Below, piece by piece: positions 27,552 through 38,408 of a stretch of 64,000 nt of DNA. Positions within the stretch are counted from its first letter, which is position 1. Each line of letters opens with the position of its first letter. The DNA lies in the NCBI GenBank assembly GCA_027485835.1, contig JAIXQG010000001.1, positions 69,902-133,901 on the forward strand, in the 5' to 3' direction. The notes under the pieces were generated by a model, which saw only the letters and a program-made list of their open reading frames with translations, had not been told where the DNA came from and searched no databases. The translations under genes were made by a program, and so were the position numbers. This stretch comes from Alphaproteobacteria bacterium. GTDB lineage: Bacteria; Pseudomonadota; Alphaproteobacteria; UBA2136; UBA6156.

Positions 27552-29747
27552 TTAGAAGGCCCAACGGGCTTTCACTTGGCCGGTGTGACCGGTCAGGCTG
27601 CTACGGATGTCGGCATCGTAGTTCAGGCTGAGGTCGGTACCGCCTACGGTGGTCAGCAGGATGCCGGCGCCGAGGTTAACCGAAGACTTGTCGCCTTCTA
27701 CACCGTTGCTGTTGAAGGCTGCGCCGCCGCCAGTGAATTGGCTGGTGGTGGCCATGCTTTCATCGCCCATGCGGTAAACATATTTAGCGCGTACGGAGGG
27801 CTTCAGCGTGCCGCCGTCGGCCAGAGCGATAGCGTAGCTGGCTTCACCACCTACACCTGCGTCGACAGTCGACATGGCATCCGGGTCAACACGCAGGCTG
27901 GCATTGCCGGCACCGGTTTCGGTGTAGCTGTCCATATCCAGGTAGGTGTACTGCAGGCTGGCCAGCGGGGTGAGGGTGGCGCCGCCAACAGCGAAGTCCT
28001 TACCGGTTTCCAGCTTAGCAGAGGCTTGCAGACCATCGGTGTCGCCCTTGCTTTGGCCTACGCCAGCAACGGTGCGCTCCATTTCGTACTTGTTGTAACC
28101 TGCGCCAACTTGGCCGTTTACGAACACGCCGTTATCCATAACGCGGCTACCGTAGAGGGTGGCTGCGTAGGTGTCGATGTCGGTGGAAGCGCTGCCGGAG
28201 GCGTTGCTGTCGACCGTGCTCTTACCGTAGGTAACAGCCAAACCGGTGGTGAGGCCGTCGATCAGGGTGTCGGTATCCATACCGATGCTGGCGCCGGCAG
28301 AGTCAGCGTCGTAACCGCGAGCGTTGTCCTTGTCGTCTTGGCTTACGGTGCTACCGAAACCTTGAGCCCACATGTGACGGGCTGCCATGGCATCACCCGT
28401 TGCAACACCGTAGCCGTTGCCGCGTACGGAGGCCAGACGGTTGCTAACTTGGTTACCTGCGTCTACAGCGAAGTTCACGCTGGCAACACCTGCACCGTCG
28501 ATGCTCGGTGTGAGGGATTCCAGAACGGCTTGTACACCTGCAGCAGAGGATTGGCTACCAATCGCACCTTGTACGGTGGCTAGGGAGCCGGTGGCACCAG
28601 CGCCGATGGTGTCGAGAACGTTAGCAATGCTCTTGTTTTCGTCGCCGGTTACTACGTCAGAGGTCGATACGCGGCCTACACGCAGAAGCAGGTCGTTCGT
28701 GCTGGTTTGGGTAGAGAAGCGGTAAACACCGTTGGCTGCACTGGTGAGGGACACCTGGTTTGCAGCCGAGCTACCGGAAGCGATGGTATAGGTAGTACCG
28801 CTGGCAATGAAACCGGCGTTGCTGGCAACATTGATGGTTACGGACGTACCGGTTGCGAGAGCGCCGCCGGAGAGGATCAGTTGACCTACGTTGCTGGTGT
28901 TAGAGCTGCCAACAGCGATACCAAGAGTAGCACCTGTACCACCGGTATAGGTAAGGGCGTTAACGTCGGTGCCAGCTGCGATGTTGAGGGTACCGTTGTT
29001 GGTAACAGCGCCAAGGTTAGCAGATGAGTTAACAGTCAGCGTTTTGCCAGCAGCGATGGCGCTGGTGCTAGCGCCAGTAACGGTGTGATCAAGCACGGTA
29101 TTAGTGTTGAAGTTGATGGTTTCGAACAGGCCAATGGTACCGCCAGTGGTGAATGTATTGGTACCGTTGATGTTGAGGGTGTCGGTGCCGCTGCCGCCGC
29201 TCATGTTACCGTTTACGGTGGCGTTGGTCAGCGTGACAGTGTCGGTGCCGTTACCGCCGGTGATGGCGCCGTTGGTGGTGCCGCCGTTGCTGGTGAAGGT
29301 GTTGGTGCCGTTACCGAGGGTTACGGAGCCGCTGATGGTGCCGTCGTTACGGATGGTGTTACCGTTGGTCATGCCGGAGAGGTCGATGGCCTTGGTGGTG
29401 CCGCTCAGAGCAGAGACGGTACCGGACACGTTAATAGTGACGGCGCCGTTGTTCACGTTGCTGGAGCTAATAACCGGGTTGGTAGCCGAGTTGGACGAAG
29501 TAACAGACGTACCGGTGCTGATGGTAATGGTGTTGCTGGCGGCACTGGTGCTGCTGATAACGATAGCCGAGGAAACGTTGGTTACGATGCTACCACCAGT
29601 GATGATGTTGAAGGCACCGGTTTCGCTCGTGAATTGGGTAGCGGTAAGGCTGGTGCTGATATCTGCAGCTTGACCGACAGAGGCGGCTGCTACGAAAGCA
29701 GTCGAAGCTGTCAGGAGCTTGAGAGTACGAGAGGTCATGGGAGACAT
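27552..29747 (-). CDS. Autotransporter (type Va) with a T/S/G/N-rich passenger
   Basis: Signal peptide, beta-helix-like passenger, C-terminal barrel WAQGFG...KARWAF. Confidence 0.9.
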   Translation of the reverse strand: MSPMTSRTLKLLTASTAFVAAASVGQAADISTSLTATQFTSETGAFNIITGGSIVTNVSSAIVISSTSAASNTITISTGTSVTSSNSATNPVISSSNVNNGAVTINVSGTVSALSGTTKAIDLSGMTNGNTIRNDGTISGSVTLGNGTNTFTSNGGTTNGAITGGNGTDTVTLTNATVNGNMSGGSGTDTLNINGTNTFTTGGTIGLFETINFNTNTVLDHTVTGASTSAIAAGKTLTVNSSANLGAVTNNGTLNIAAGTDVNALTYTGGTGATLGIAVGSSNTSNVGQLILSGGALATGTSVTINVASNAGFIASGTTYTIASGSSAANQVSLTSAANGVYRFSTQTSTNDLLLRVGRVSTSDVVTGDENKSIANVLDTIGAGATGSLATVQGAIGSQSSAAGVQAVLESLTPSIDGAGVASVNFAVDAGNQVSNRLASVRGNGYGVATGDAMAARHMWAQGFGSTVSQDDKDNARGYDADSAGASIGMDTDTLIDGLTTGLAVTYGKSTVDSNASGSASTDIDTYAATLYGSRVMDNGVFVNGQVGAGYNKYEMERTVAGVGQSKGDTDGLQASAKLETGKDFAVGGATLTPLASLQYTYLDMDSYTETGAGNASLRVDPDAMSTVDAGVGGEASYAIALADGGTLKPSVRAKYVYRMGDESMATTSQFTGGGAAFNSNGVEGDKSSVNLGAGILLTTVGGTDLSLNYDADIRSSLTGHTGQVKARWAF

Positions 29748-29828
29748 TCCTTGGTTTTTTGTTTAAGTTGACTGTAAGCTAGATGAAACGAATTGGGTTT
29801 GGCTAGGTAAAAAGAATGGGTTTGCTAC

Positions 29829-30665
29829 ATGCTTGAGCGTTTGAACTGGGGGTTGTGTTTTACGAGCCACGCGAAGCGGTGGAGTGTGTTGGTTGTGACA
29901 CTGATACTTGTCGGATGTTCTGCTCAAAAAATAGACTTAAGTGATCGTATTCGTTCAGTAAATGAAGGGTCTATGGGGCGGTCCGACGTATGGCGGATGG
30001 GTGTTAGTGAGGTGGATGGATTGCAACTTTCGGTTGTGCGTAAGGATCCGGTTTTAGCGCCTGATGCGACTTTGCGTATCTATATTGAAGGGGATGGTAG
30101 GGCTTACTTAAGTAGGGGAATTGTGAGTGGTGACCCGACGCCTTTAAACCCCGTGGGGTTGAACCTTGCGCTGGCCGATATGCATGACGCGGTTATGTAC
30201 ATTGGGCGGCCGTGCCAATGGAACCGTGGGCCGGAGTGTATGGACAGAGGCTTGTGGACGACGGGGCGGTTTAAGGTAAACGTGGCGCAGGCGTATGCCA
30301 CGCTTGTGGCGCGTGAAAGCGAAGGACGGCCTGTTGAACTAGTTGGCTACAGTGGTGGGGCGTGGGTAGCGTTACAGGTTGCGGCGCGATTAGAGAACGT
30401 GGTGAAGGTGACCACTGTGGCGGGGAATATGATGCCGGATTATGTGAATGTTCATCATAAAGTGCCGCGTATAGAGGTTGCACCGTACCCGGGAGAGCGT
30501 TTAAGAGAGTTGCCGGTTACGGCTTATATCGGAACGCAGGATGCGATTGTGCCGCGCGGGGTTGTGGAGGATTTTAAGGTTAAAACTGGAGCTGCCAACG
30601 TGAAGGTTATTGAGATGGAGGCGACCCATGGCGATGGCTGGCAAGCCCTGTATGGGCGGATTTAA
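29829..30665 (+). CDS. Alpha/beta hydrolase, probable lipoprotein
   Basis: LVGC lipobox-like, IYIEGDG, DPTP, RPCQ, nucleophile elbow GYSGG. Confidence 0.85.
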   Translation: MLERLNWGLCFTSHAKRWSVLVVTLILVGCSAQKIDLSDRIRSVNEGSMGRSDVWRMGVSEVDGLQLSVVRKDPVLAPDATLRIYIEGDGRAYLSRGIVSGDPTPLNPVGLNLALADMHDAVMYIGRPCQWNRGPECMDRGLWTTGRFKVNVAQAYATLVARESEGRPVELVGYSGGAWVALQVAARLENVVKVTTVAGNMMPDYVNVHHKVPRIEVAPYPGERLRELPVTAYIGTQDAIVPRGVVEDFKVKTGAANVKVIEMEATHGDGWQALYGRI

Positions 30666-30814
30666 GGTTAAAAGGGCGGTTTTTGGTCTTTTTGGTTAGG
30701 CGACGGTAAGAGAACGGCTTGATGGGAGCCGTTTTTTCGCGCATCGGTACGGGGCGAATTGAGTAAATCGTATCGCGTTTTTGCGGGCTGCCTCGATGCG
30801 GTATTGGGGGCCCG

Positions 30815-31588
30815 ATGACTTATATGGAGCATGTGATGTCTTTTTTTACAACGGCGGGCGTTGCCCGCTTTGCGCTGGAACGCGGTTATTACGGGCTGTG
30901 GCGCACCGTTCTGTTTTTGGACGGGCCGAGCCTTGCAGCTGCAGACCAGCTTGCGGCTGCCGCGGCAAGCCGCAGCCTGGCCATGTGGCCGCAAGTGAAG
31001 ATGGTTTATGCCGACATGCTGGATGACCAGACGGTGCTTCAGGCCGCGCTGGAAGGCGCTGCGAAGGGTGATAATGTACACACGTTGCAGGACATTTTTC
31101 GGTACTTCGGTACCAAGCACACTTGCGACCGTGACCGTGTATTTGCGGTGGCTGCCGAACACGCTAGCCGTGAGAGCTGGGTTTATGCCTATGACACCCT
31201 TGGTTGGCGGTTTTCGGCAGCTGCGGTTGATCGTATCGTGGACTGCGCCCTTGTGGGGGCAGATGGCGAAATACTGGACCGGCTGGTGAGGGATTGCGGG
31301 CTGCCGGAGAGATACCGCACCCGCATTATGCATGCGCGCAACCTACGTGATGCCGTGCGTACCAAGAACCCGAATTATATTCGGGAAGTGGTGCAGAACG
31401 CACGCTGCCTGAAGGCCGAAGATATGCGGGATGCCGAGCTGTTTGCACGGCGCACCCGCAACACGTACCTGGAAAAGCAGGTTATACACCCCGCCCTTGA
31501 CCACGCCATTGGCGATTGGGCCGTGTATAACCGGCAGTTGGTCAAGGGTAAGGTTGAAACGGTTCGGCCTTTGTTGCGCGCTGCCTAA
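30815..31588 (+). CDS. Hypothetical protein with degenerate ankyrin-like helical repeats
   Basis: ALEGAAKGDNVHTL, FAVAAEHASRE, VDCALVGADGEIL, LRDAVRTKN; terminator at 31611-31641. Confidence 0.6.
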   Translation: MTYMEHVMSFFTTAGVARFALERGYYGLWRTVLFLDGPSLAAADQLAAAAASRSLAMWPQVKMVYADMLDDQTVLQAALEGAAKGDNVHTLQDIFRYFGTKHTCDRDRVFAVAAEHASRESWVYAYDTLGWRFSAAAVDRIVDCALVGADGEILDRLVRDCGLPERYRTRIMHARNLRDAVRTKNPNYIREVVQNARCLKAEDMRDAELFARRTRNTYLEKQVIHPALDHAIGDWAVYNRQLVKGKVETVRPLLRAA

Positions 31589-31645
31589 TACGTGCTGATA
31601 TGAACGATACCCGCCCGGAGTTTTCTCCGGGCGGTTTTTTTGTGG

Positions 31646-32416
31646 CTAAAGCTGGTTGGCGAGGGCGCAGAATTGCGCGGTAGTGAGGACTTCGGCGCGG
31701 TCGGTCGGCGTGATGCCGAGAGACTCCATGGTGGCCTCGGTTATATGCCCCTTAAGCACGCTGCGGAGCATTTTGCGGCGTTGGGTGAAGACGATGCGGA
31801 GGAGGGTATCCAGCTTTTGGGTGTCAACCGCTTCGCGCATGTGGGGCAGGGGCGTGAGGCGCACGACGCTGCTCATCACCTTGGGGGGTGGGGTGAAGGC
31901 GCCGGGGGAGACGTCGAAGAGGTCTTGCCGGTTGCAGTAGAGGTCGCAGAGAACGCCAAGGCGGCCCCAGTCGCGGGTATCGGGCACCGCGCAGATGCGC
32001 TCGACGACCTCTTTTTGCAGCATGAAGGTCATTTCTCCGGTGATGGGGCGCATTTGGACGAGTTGGGCGACCATCTCGGTGCCGACATTATACGGCAGGT
32101 TGCCGACGACCTTGAGGCCTGCCACGGGGACGGCGGTGCCGAAGGCTTGCAGGGCGTCTCCCTTATGGATGTGCAAGCGGTTGTCGAATTGAGCGCTCAT
32201 CTCTTCTAGTACCGGCCAGCAGCGGTCGTCGATTTCGATCGCCGTGACATGGGCGCCCGCTTGTAGCAGGGCACGGGTGAGTACGCCGGTGCCGGGGCCG
32301 ATTTCGACAATATGCTCGCCTGATTTGGGCGCGATGGCGGCGACGATACGGTCTATCACCCCGCGTTCGTGCAGGAAGTGCTGGCCTAGGTGTTTAGCGG
32401 CGCGGATTTGGGACAT
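31646..32416 (-). CDS. rsmA: 16S rRNA dimethyladenosine transferase
   Basis: KHLGQHFL, VEIGPGTGVLT, VVGNLPYN, LQKEV, FTPPPKV. Confidence 0.97.
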   Translation of the reverse strand: MSQIRAAKHLGQHFLHERGVIDRIVAAIAPKSGEHIVEIGPGTGVLTRALLQAGAHVTAIEIDDRCWPVLEEMSAQFDNRLHIHKGDALQAFGTAVPVAGLKVVGNLPYNVGTEMVAQLVQMRPITGEMTFMLQKEVVERICAVPDTRDWGRLGVLCDLYCNRQDLFDVSPGAFTPPPKVMSSVVRLTPLPHMREAVDTQKLDTLLRIVFTQRRKMLRSVLKGHITEATMESLGITPTDRAEVLTTAQFCALANQL

Positions 32417-32434
32417 GGCCGCTGTATACCCCGC

Positions 32435-33691
32435 TTAGAGGCGGATGTCGAGGAAGGCGCGCTGACGGAGGTTTTGCAGGAAGCGGCGGGACTCCAGCTC
32501 GACACGGTTGTTGAACATGCTTTTGAGGACGCGGTCGCGGTAGGCGTTCAGGTTTTCGGCCATGGCCTGACGGGTATCGCCAATGAAGATACGGGCGGCA
32601 TTACCGTTAAGCGTGACGGTTTTGGTCCAGCGGCCCGGCTTGGTTTTGACGATGGCTTGGGCGAGGTCGTTTTCCAGATCGTTTTGCGTGACCCAGCCCA
32701 GAGCGGTGCTGGCGGGGAAGGTTTCTTTATAACCGGCTTCGGAGAAGTATTTGAAGACGTCGTCGCGGGTTTTAAGACCATCGGTTATGGCTTCAAAGGC
32801 TTTTTCCTGCTCTTTCGCGGCGTCTTTTTCCTTCGCGGCAGGGGTGGCGAGAAGGAAGAGCTCCAGCTGCGTTTGCGGGTTGATATCGACTGGCGTGGAG
32901 GTACGGCTGTTATCCAGACGGACCAGGTACCAACCATCTGGCGTGCGGATGGGTTCGCTGACTTGGCCGACGGTGAGGGTATCCAGAGACTCTTCTAATT
33001 GCGGGTTGAGCTGACCGGTGCCGAACCAGCCGAGTTTACCACCGTTGATGGCGGATTTGTCGTCGGAGTGGGCACGGGCGAGGTCGGAGAAGGATTCTCC
33101 GGCAGTGATTTTGTCTTTCAGCTCGGTGAGCTTTTGTAGTTGGGCCTTGTTGGCGTCGGCATCGGCGGCGCCTTCCAGCATGATGATACTGATTTCGCGG
33201 TCTTCCACCTTGCGGCTTTTGCCGAGTTCGGCGATCAGGCGGTCGGCCTCTGGCGTGCTAACTTGTACGCGCGGAGCGACCTGATTGCCGATGATTTTTT
33301 GCCAGAGGGCTTCGGCAGCGATTTTTTCTTCGGCTGCCGGTTCCATGCCGCCGGTGAGTTGGCTCCAAGTGGCTTCTCCCATAGTTTTGCGGACCAAGGC
33401 GATGGCGTCTTCGCGCTCCTTTTTGCCCAAGCTAAGGCCTGCGGTTTTGGCGTATTGGCGTTGGAGCTCTTCGTCAATCAGGTTTGAGAGGCTGCGCTTG
33501 GTGACGGCGTCGCGCTGTTGTTGGGTAGGATTGACGATGCCGACTTGACGCAGGTTGAGTTCGGCACGGCTTTGCAATTGGCTATATGTAATGACTTGGT
33601 CGTTGACCACAGCCGCAATACGGTCGGCCGCATGGGTGGGGGCGATGAGGAGGGCGCAGGCCATGACGGTGAGGGCGGTGAGAAGGCGCAT
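32435..33691 (-). CDS. surA: SurA-like periplasmic chaperone/PPIase
   Basis: IAAVVNDQVIT, parvulin FSDLARAHS..GGKLGW; located between lptD and rsmA. Confidence 0.88.
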   Translation of the reverse strand: MRLLTALTVMACALLIAPTHAADRIAAVVNDQVITYSQLQSRAELNLRQVGIVNPTQQQRDAVTKRSLSNLIDEELQRQYAKTAGLSLGKKEREDAIALVRKTMGEATWSQLTGGMEPAAEEKIAAEALWQKIIGNQVAPRVQVSTPEADRLIAELGKSRKVEDREISIIMLEGAADADANKAQLQKLTELKDKITAGESFSDLARAHSDDKSAINGGKLGWFGTGQLNPQLEESLDTLTVGQVSEPIRTPDGWYLVRLDNSRTSTPVDINPQTQLELFLLATPAAKEKDAAKEQEKAFEAITDGLKTRDDVFKYFSEAGYKETFPASTALGWVTQNDLENDLAQAIVKTKPGRWTKTVTLNGNAARIFIGDTRQAMAENLNAYRDRVLKSMFNNRVELESRRFLQNLRQRAFLDIRL

Positions 33692-33742
33692 GGTTGGTAT
33701 CTTTCTTAGAAGGACGCTTGGTATTAACGGTCTTAAATAGCT

Positions 33743-35827
33743 CTAGTCTTCGCTGCCGAGTGTGAGTAGGCGCAGGTTGACGAGGTAATCGGTACCCGGT
33801 TGGAGGTCTCCGTTACTATAACCACGGCGGCGGATAACGGTTTCAATCTCGTAGCAATCGCGTGTCCAGACCAGACCGCCGCGGCCCTCCAGCAAGGTGC
33901 TGGTGGCGAGGTCGTTCCGTGTGTTGCCACGGAAGGCGAGTTGGTCGGTCAGTGGAATATTCACTTCGGTGTAAAGTTCTTCAGGGCCTTCATTCAGGTA
34001 GGAGTGCGTGAGGCGGAAGTTGGCTTCGTTCACACGGCCGAGGCGCAGGCCGTTGTCGATACGGCGCAGGTTGAAGGTGGCGTTGTCGAGGCGCATGCGG
34101 CTGTTGACACTGAACCAGTCGGACGGTGAGGCTTCTACCATACCGACCCAGTCGGATAGGTTTGTGGCGGCACCACCGGAGGCGGGCAGCGAGGTGTCGT
34201 CGAACTTGCGCCAGCTTTGACCCACGAAGAGGCGGTAGTCGGTGTGGTCGGGCGTGCCCCAGCGGTTGTCGATACCGTAGATGACGCGCGGGCCGGTTTC
34301 GACACGGTCTAGCCCGGCAAAGCGGCTGGTTTCGAACAGGTTGCTGGTGTCGAGCTCGTAGCTTACGCTGTCTTCGTTCGGTACGCGGTTGTTACTGTTA
34401 CCGCCACGGGGGGAGAGGGCGACCATGACTTGCGGGGCCACGGTGTGACGGCCACCCGGTGAGACGTAGGGTTTTTCCCACATCGCGGTAGCTTCTGGTA
34501 GTACCCGCGTTACGGTGCCTTCGGTCGTGCTGTTATCTACCAGATAGGCATCGAAGCGGCCTGTTGCACCGAGGGTTAGTTTGCTACCATCCATCATCAT
34601 GAACGGGCGGGTGTACTCAACACCGCCGATGGCGCGGCGGCTTTCTTCGCCATTGCCGCGGTAGATGTTGAGGACGTCGGCCGAGAGGTCTACCTGACCG
34701 CCAAAGGAGGGAACGAACCAGCGCGAGAGCTCGAGGTGCGGCAGGACTTGCGCGGTTTCGGCCATCGGGCGGGTGGGTGAGAGGTCTTGGAAGCGGGTGA
34801 CACTGAGGGCGGCGTAGTGTTGCTCGCCGGCGTCTTCTCCATACAGCGTGCTGGCGAGGTAGGGGTCGAGGCGGTCGAAGTATTGCTGCAGGTAGGTGTC
34901 GTCGGACGCGATTTCGCCATTCAGGCCGATGCGGCGTGACGCGGAGAAGTCTTTTTCGGCTTCGATTTTCAGGTGGCTGCGTTGCTGGCCGAGTTTGGTA
35001 TCGTTAATGAAGCTCGCGTCAATATCGCTGTCGGTGGTGAGGGTGCTTTGGCGGCGCTCGAGCATCAGTTGGGCACCGCGTTCGGTCATCATGCGCGTAC
35101 GGACGGTGTAGTCGGCATTTTCAGGCTCGTTGTACACATAACCGGAGATGGTGATGTTTTCGCCGAGAGATTCGCTGCGGCCAAATTGCGGCGGGAGCAG
35201 ACCGTTTTTCGGTTTTTTAGGGCCAACGGGGTGGCGGAACCACGGCAGGTACATGACCGGTACGCCGTAGACGTCCATCACCGCGTTGCGATAGGTCATG
35301 TCGCCTTCTTTTTGGTCGTAGGTCATTTTGTCTGCGCTGAGAGACCAGGGTTTGCGGTTACCGATACATTCCTTACAGGGCGAGTAGGTAATGTCGGTCA
35401 TTGTATAAGTTGTGCCGGAGACTTTGGCGGTGCCGGCTTGGGCTATTTCGCCGAGGGCGGGTAGGGTGAGGCGGAGTTGCTCGAGTGCGCCTTGTTGCAT
35501 GTCTCCGGTAAGTTCGAGTGAGTTGACTCTCAGTTCGGTGCCATCCGGATTCAGTAGGCGCACGTTACCGCTGGCGGTCACGGCGTTGGCAGCGAGATCG
35601 TAATGGACCGTATCCGCCCAGACCTTACCCTTAGCACTGTTGATATGCACTTGTTGGCCGGGTTCGGCGGTGGCGGTGACGCGGCTGCCGGAGACATCGT
35701 ACGCTATGTTGGCAGCGGTGAGGTCGAACGGCATCTCTTGCCCTTGTTGGGCATGGGTGGGAGTGGCGAGGACGGCCAGAGACAAAATGGCGGGAACCAC
35801 GAAGACGGTGAGGCGGGAGAGGAGCAT
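33743..35827 (-). CDS. lptD: LPS-assembly protein LptD
   Basis: OstA-like N-terminus, YSPCKEC, PNEDS..ELD..NLF..SRFAGLDRVE. Confidence 0.93.
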   Translation of the reverse strand: MLLSRLTVFVVPAILSLAVLATPTHAQQGQEMPFDLTAANIAYDVSGSRVTATAEPGQQVHINSAKGKVWADTVHYDLAANAVTASGNVRLLNPDGTELRVNSLELTGDMQQGALEQLRLTLPALGEIAQAGTAKVSGTTYTMTDITYSPCKECIGNRKPWSLSADKMTYDQKEGDMTYRNAVMDVYGVPVMYLPWFRHPVGPKKPKNGLLPPQFGRSESLGENITISGYVYNEPENADYTVRTRMMTERGAQLMLERRQSTLTTDSDIDASFINDTKLGQQRSHLKIEAEKDFSASRRIGLNGEIASDDTYLQQYFDRLDPYLASTLYGEDAGEQHYAALSVTRFQDLSPTRPMAETAQVLPHLELSRWFVPSFGGQVDLSADVLNIYRGNGEESRRAIGGVEYTRPFMMMDGSKLTLGATGRFDAYLVDNSTTEGTVTRVLPEATAMWEKPYVSPGGRHTVAPQVMVALSPRGGNSNNRVPNEDSVSYELDTSNLFETSRFAGLDRVETGPRVIYGIDNRWGTPDHTDYRLFVGQSWRKFDDTSLPASGGAATNLSDWVGMVEASPSDWFSVNSRMRLDNATFNLRRIDNGLRLGRVNEANFRLTHSYLNEGPEELYTEVNIPLTDQLAFRGNTRNDLATSTLLEGRGGLVWTRDCYEIETVIRRRGYSNGDLQPGTDYLVNLRLLTLGSED

Positions 35828-35953
35828 AGGGCCGTGCGCTTTAAATCGCTTTTCATTATTGGGGTGGCCCCTTGAGGGAGCCCATTTGGGGCAGTCTTGC
35901 CTAAGATGGAAGGTGCGTCAATTCTTACCCGAGGGTAACGACGATTTTGGGGA

Positions 35954-37177
35954 TTATTCCTCGCGCAGCTGCAACATGAGTGCCATGGCGAGCAAACTGG
36001 CCATAATGGCGGGCAACCACGCCGCCAGCCTGACGTCCAGACGTCCGGCAAGGCCGAAGGTGGCCATCAGGTTACCGAAGAAATAAAATCCGAAGCCCAT
36101 GAGAACCCCCGCCACAATGACCATACCGAGGCCGCGCACGCGGGTGAAACGTAGGCCGAAAGGTACGGCTACCAACAACATGGCAATGCACATGAAGGGC
36201 AGGGCGAGGAGGCGTTGGTAGGCCATGGCGTGGCGGTCTGTTTTAAAGCCACTTTCTTCCAGGGTACTGATGAATTCGCGCAACTCGAAGATGTTTAGGG
36301 TGCCGGGTGGATTAAAGCTTGCTTGAATTTCTCCCGGGGTGAGGCTGGTGGGAAGGGTCAGCTCGGGCTTGCGGAGAATATCTTGGCGGGGGGTGAGCAG
36401 CACCGCGTTTTTCAGGTTCCATTGGCCAGAGTGTTCGCCGTTACCGGCTTCGAGGATGGCTTGGCTGGCATCGATACGGGCGAGGAAGCTGTTTTTCTCG
36501 TCGAAGATGAAGACGGTGGCCTGGCCGAGGCTGTCTCCGCCCGGAGAGACCTTGCGGCCGTAGATGAAGTAGTCGCGGCCCGAGGCTTCGGTGGTGGCGG
36601 TGGCGGGAAACTCGCTTTGCTTGAGCCAGATGCTACCGCCTGCAGTGACGAGACCTTTGGTAGAACCGGGGAAGACGGTGGCGTTCCAGTGCTCGTACCG
36701 CTTAAGCAGTGCGGCGGAAATAGGGTTGCCGACCCAGATGGTGAGCATGCCGATAAGCAGGCAGGCTAGCAGAGGGCCCATAAGGAAGCGGCGGGCGGGG
36801 AGGCCGATGGCGCGCAGGGCGACGAGCTCTTGCCGCTTGTTCAATTGATTCAGCCAGATGAGGCTGCCGATGAGAACCGCGAAGGGAAGCAGTTGCAGGA
36901 GGAGGTCGGGCGTTTTGGCGAGACTCATGAGTAGTGCCACAGTGATGCCGATGCCTTTGTCGGAGATCTGGTTCCAGAGATCGATGACATCGACCAAATA
37001 AATAAACGAACCGAGGCCGAAAATGGTGAAAATGATGGTGGTAAGCCACATGCCGCCGAGGTACCAGCTGAGGGTCGGTGAGTAACCGCGGGTGGAGGCG
37101 TCGCGTGGGGCGGGTGCCAGAAGATTGGACATATCCGGCATGCTCGGGACGCTGAGGTTGGGCCTTTTTTTAGGCAT
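35954..37177 (-). CDS. lptG: LPS export permease LptG
   Basis: LPFAVLIG, ELVALRAIG, IWLKQ; follows lptF. Confidence 0.88.
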   Translation of the reverse strand: MPKKRPNLSVPSMPDMSNLLAPAPRDASTRGYSPTLSWYLGGMWLTTIIFTIFGLGSFIYLVDVIDLWNQISDKGIGITVALLMSLAKTPDLLLQLLPFAVLIGSLIWLNQLNKRQELVALRAIGLPARRFLMGPLLACLLIGMLTIWVGNPISAALLKRYEHWNATVFPGSTKGLVTAGGSIWLKQSEFPATATTEASGRDYFIYGRKVSPGGDSLGQATVFIFDEKNSFLARIDASQAILEAGNGEHSGQWNLKNAVLLTPRQDILRKPELTLPTSLTPGEIQASFNPPGTLNIFELREFISTLEESGFKTDRHAMAYQRLLALPFMCIAMLLVAVPFGLRFTRVRGLGMVIVAGVLMGFGFYFFGNLMATFGLAGRLDVRLAAWLPAIMASLLAMALMLQLREE

Positions 37178-38276
37178 GGATACGGCCCTTCTTTGCGACA
37201 AAGGCGGCAAAAGCCGCGCCGGCTAAGGGCCACAGCCATTGGCCGTAAAGCACGATGGGGGAGCCTTTTTGGGAGAGGCCTTCCAGCAACATCATGATAC
37301 CCAGATAGGTAAAGCCGGAGAGCGAGGCGGCGACCAGCAGGCGCCACGGGCTTTGCTGGCGGCGTGGCGGGCGCAGCAGCCACGCGGCGGCTATTAACGT
37401 GAGCGGTAACGGTGTTAACGGGAAGAGGAGCCGTTTATGAAATTCGGCGCGGATATCGTTGGCAAGGCGGGGGTCTTCGGCGCGTTCGGCTTCGTAGAGC
37501 AGTTGCAGGAGCCCGAATTCTTCGTATCCCGGTTCGCGCGGGGCGGTGACTTGTTGGCCGAGGCTTTGACGGATATCGAGATTGTATTTGTCGAATTCCA
37601 GCATGCCGACCTGTTTTTCGCTAACTTCCTGCCGGAGGCCTTTTTGGAGAGCGAGTTGGGGGTAGCCTTCGGCATCCAGCGTAATTTCGCCATGTTGGGC
37701 ATACCACGTAACGGGTTTGGCGGGGTTGCGGGTATCGTGCACCAGAATTTGGTCGAGCGTGGTAGGGGTGGTGCGCGTGCGGAGATAAATCATCAAGTTG
37801 CTGCCGAGCTGGTTGAAGGTGCCTTCTTCTAGCAACAGTTGGGCGTTTTGGGTGCGGATTTGGTGCTGGAGGTCTTTGAACGCGGCGGTGCTGGCGGGCA
37901 TCAGTTGGAGGAACAAAACATAACCGAAGACGACGGAGGCGAGTGCCCATGTCATGAGAGGGCGCAGGATGTGGGCTGGGCTACGGCCGAGGCTGAGGGC
38001 GGCGGTAAGCTCGTTATCTTCTTGCCAGCGGCGCAGCATGGCGCAGGCGCCGATGAAAATACCGAAGGGGAGGATGATGGTCATCATCTTCGGGATAAGC
38101 ATCAGTGTGAGATGCAGGAAGGTGCCGAGGCCGAGGCCTTTGTTAATGACGAGGTCGAGGAACCTCAGGCTTTGGAGTAGCCAGACCAACCCCAACAGAA
38201 TACCCATGCCTAGGAGGCTCGGCTTCATCGCATCGCGGATGATATACGACGGCAGGGTAAGGCGGAGTTGTGTCAT
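37170..38276 (-). CDS. lptF: LPS export permease LptF
   Basis: WLLQSLRFLDLVINKG, DNEL, EGTFN. Confidence 0.88.
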   Translation of the reverse strand: MTQLRLTLPSYIIRDAMKPSLLGMGILLGLVWLLQSLRFLDLVINKGLGLGTFLHLTLMLIPKMMTIILPFGIFIGACAMLRRWQEDNELTAALSLGRSPAHILRPLMTWALASVVFGYVLFLQLMPASTAAFKDLQHQIRTQNAQLLLEEGTFNQLGSNLMIYLRTRTTPTTLDQILVHDTRNPAKPVTWYAQHGEITLDAEGYPQLALQKGLRQEVSEKQVGMLEFDKYNLDIRQSLGQQVTAPREPGYEEFGLLQLLYEAERAEDPRLANDIRAEFHKRLLFPLTPLPLTLIAAAWLLRPPRRQQSPWRLLVAASLSGFTYLGIMMLLEGLSQKGSPIVLYGQWLWPLAGAAFAAFVAKKGRIHA

Positions 38277-38408
38277 TCGGGTCTCTTCATACCAGTTTTA
38301 ACGCCAGTGTTCCAATATCATTTTATGCACACCCTTGCAGGAGCGGTAAGGCTTGTGGCACTTTAACGATTGAAATGGCCCTTTGGCCTCAAAAATTAAA
38401 AAAGAGAT

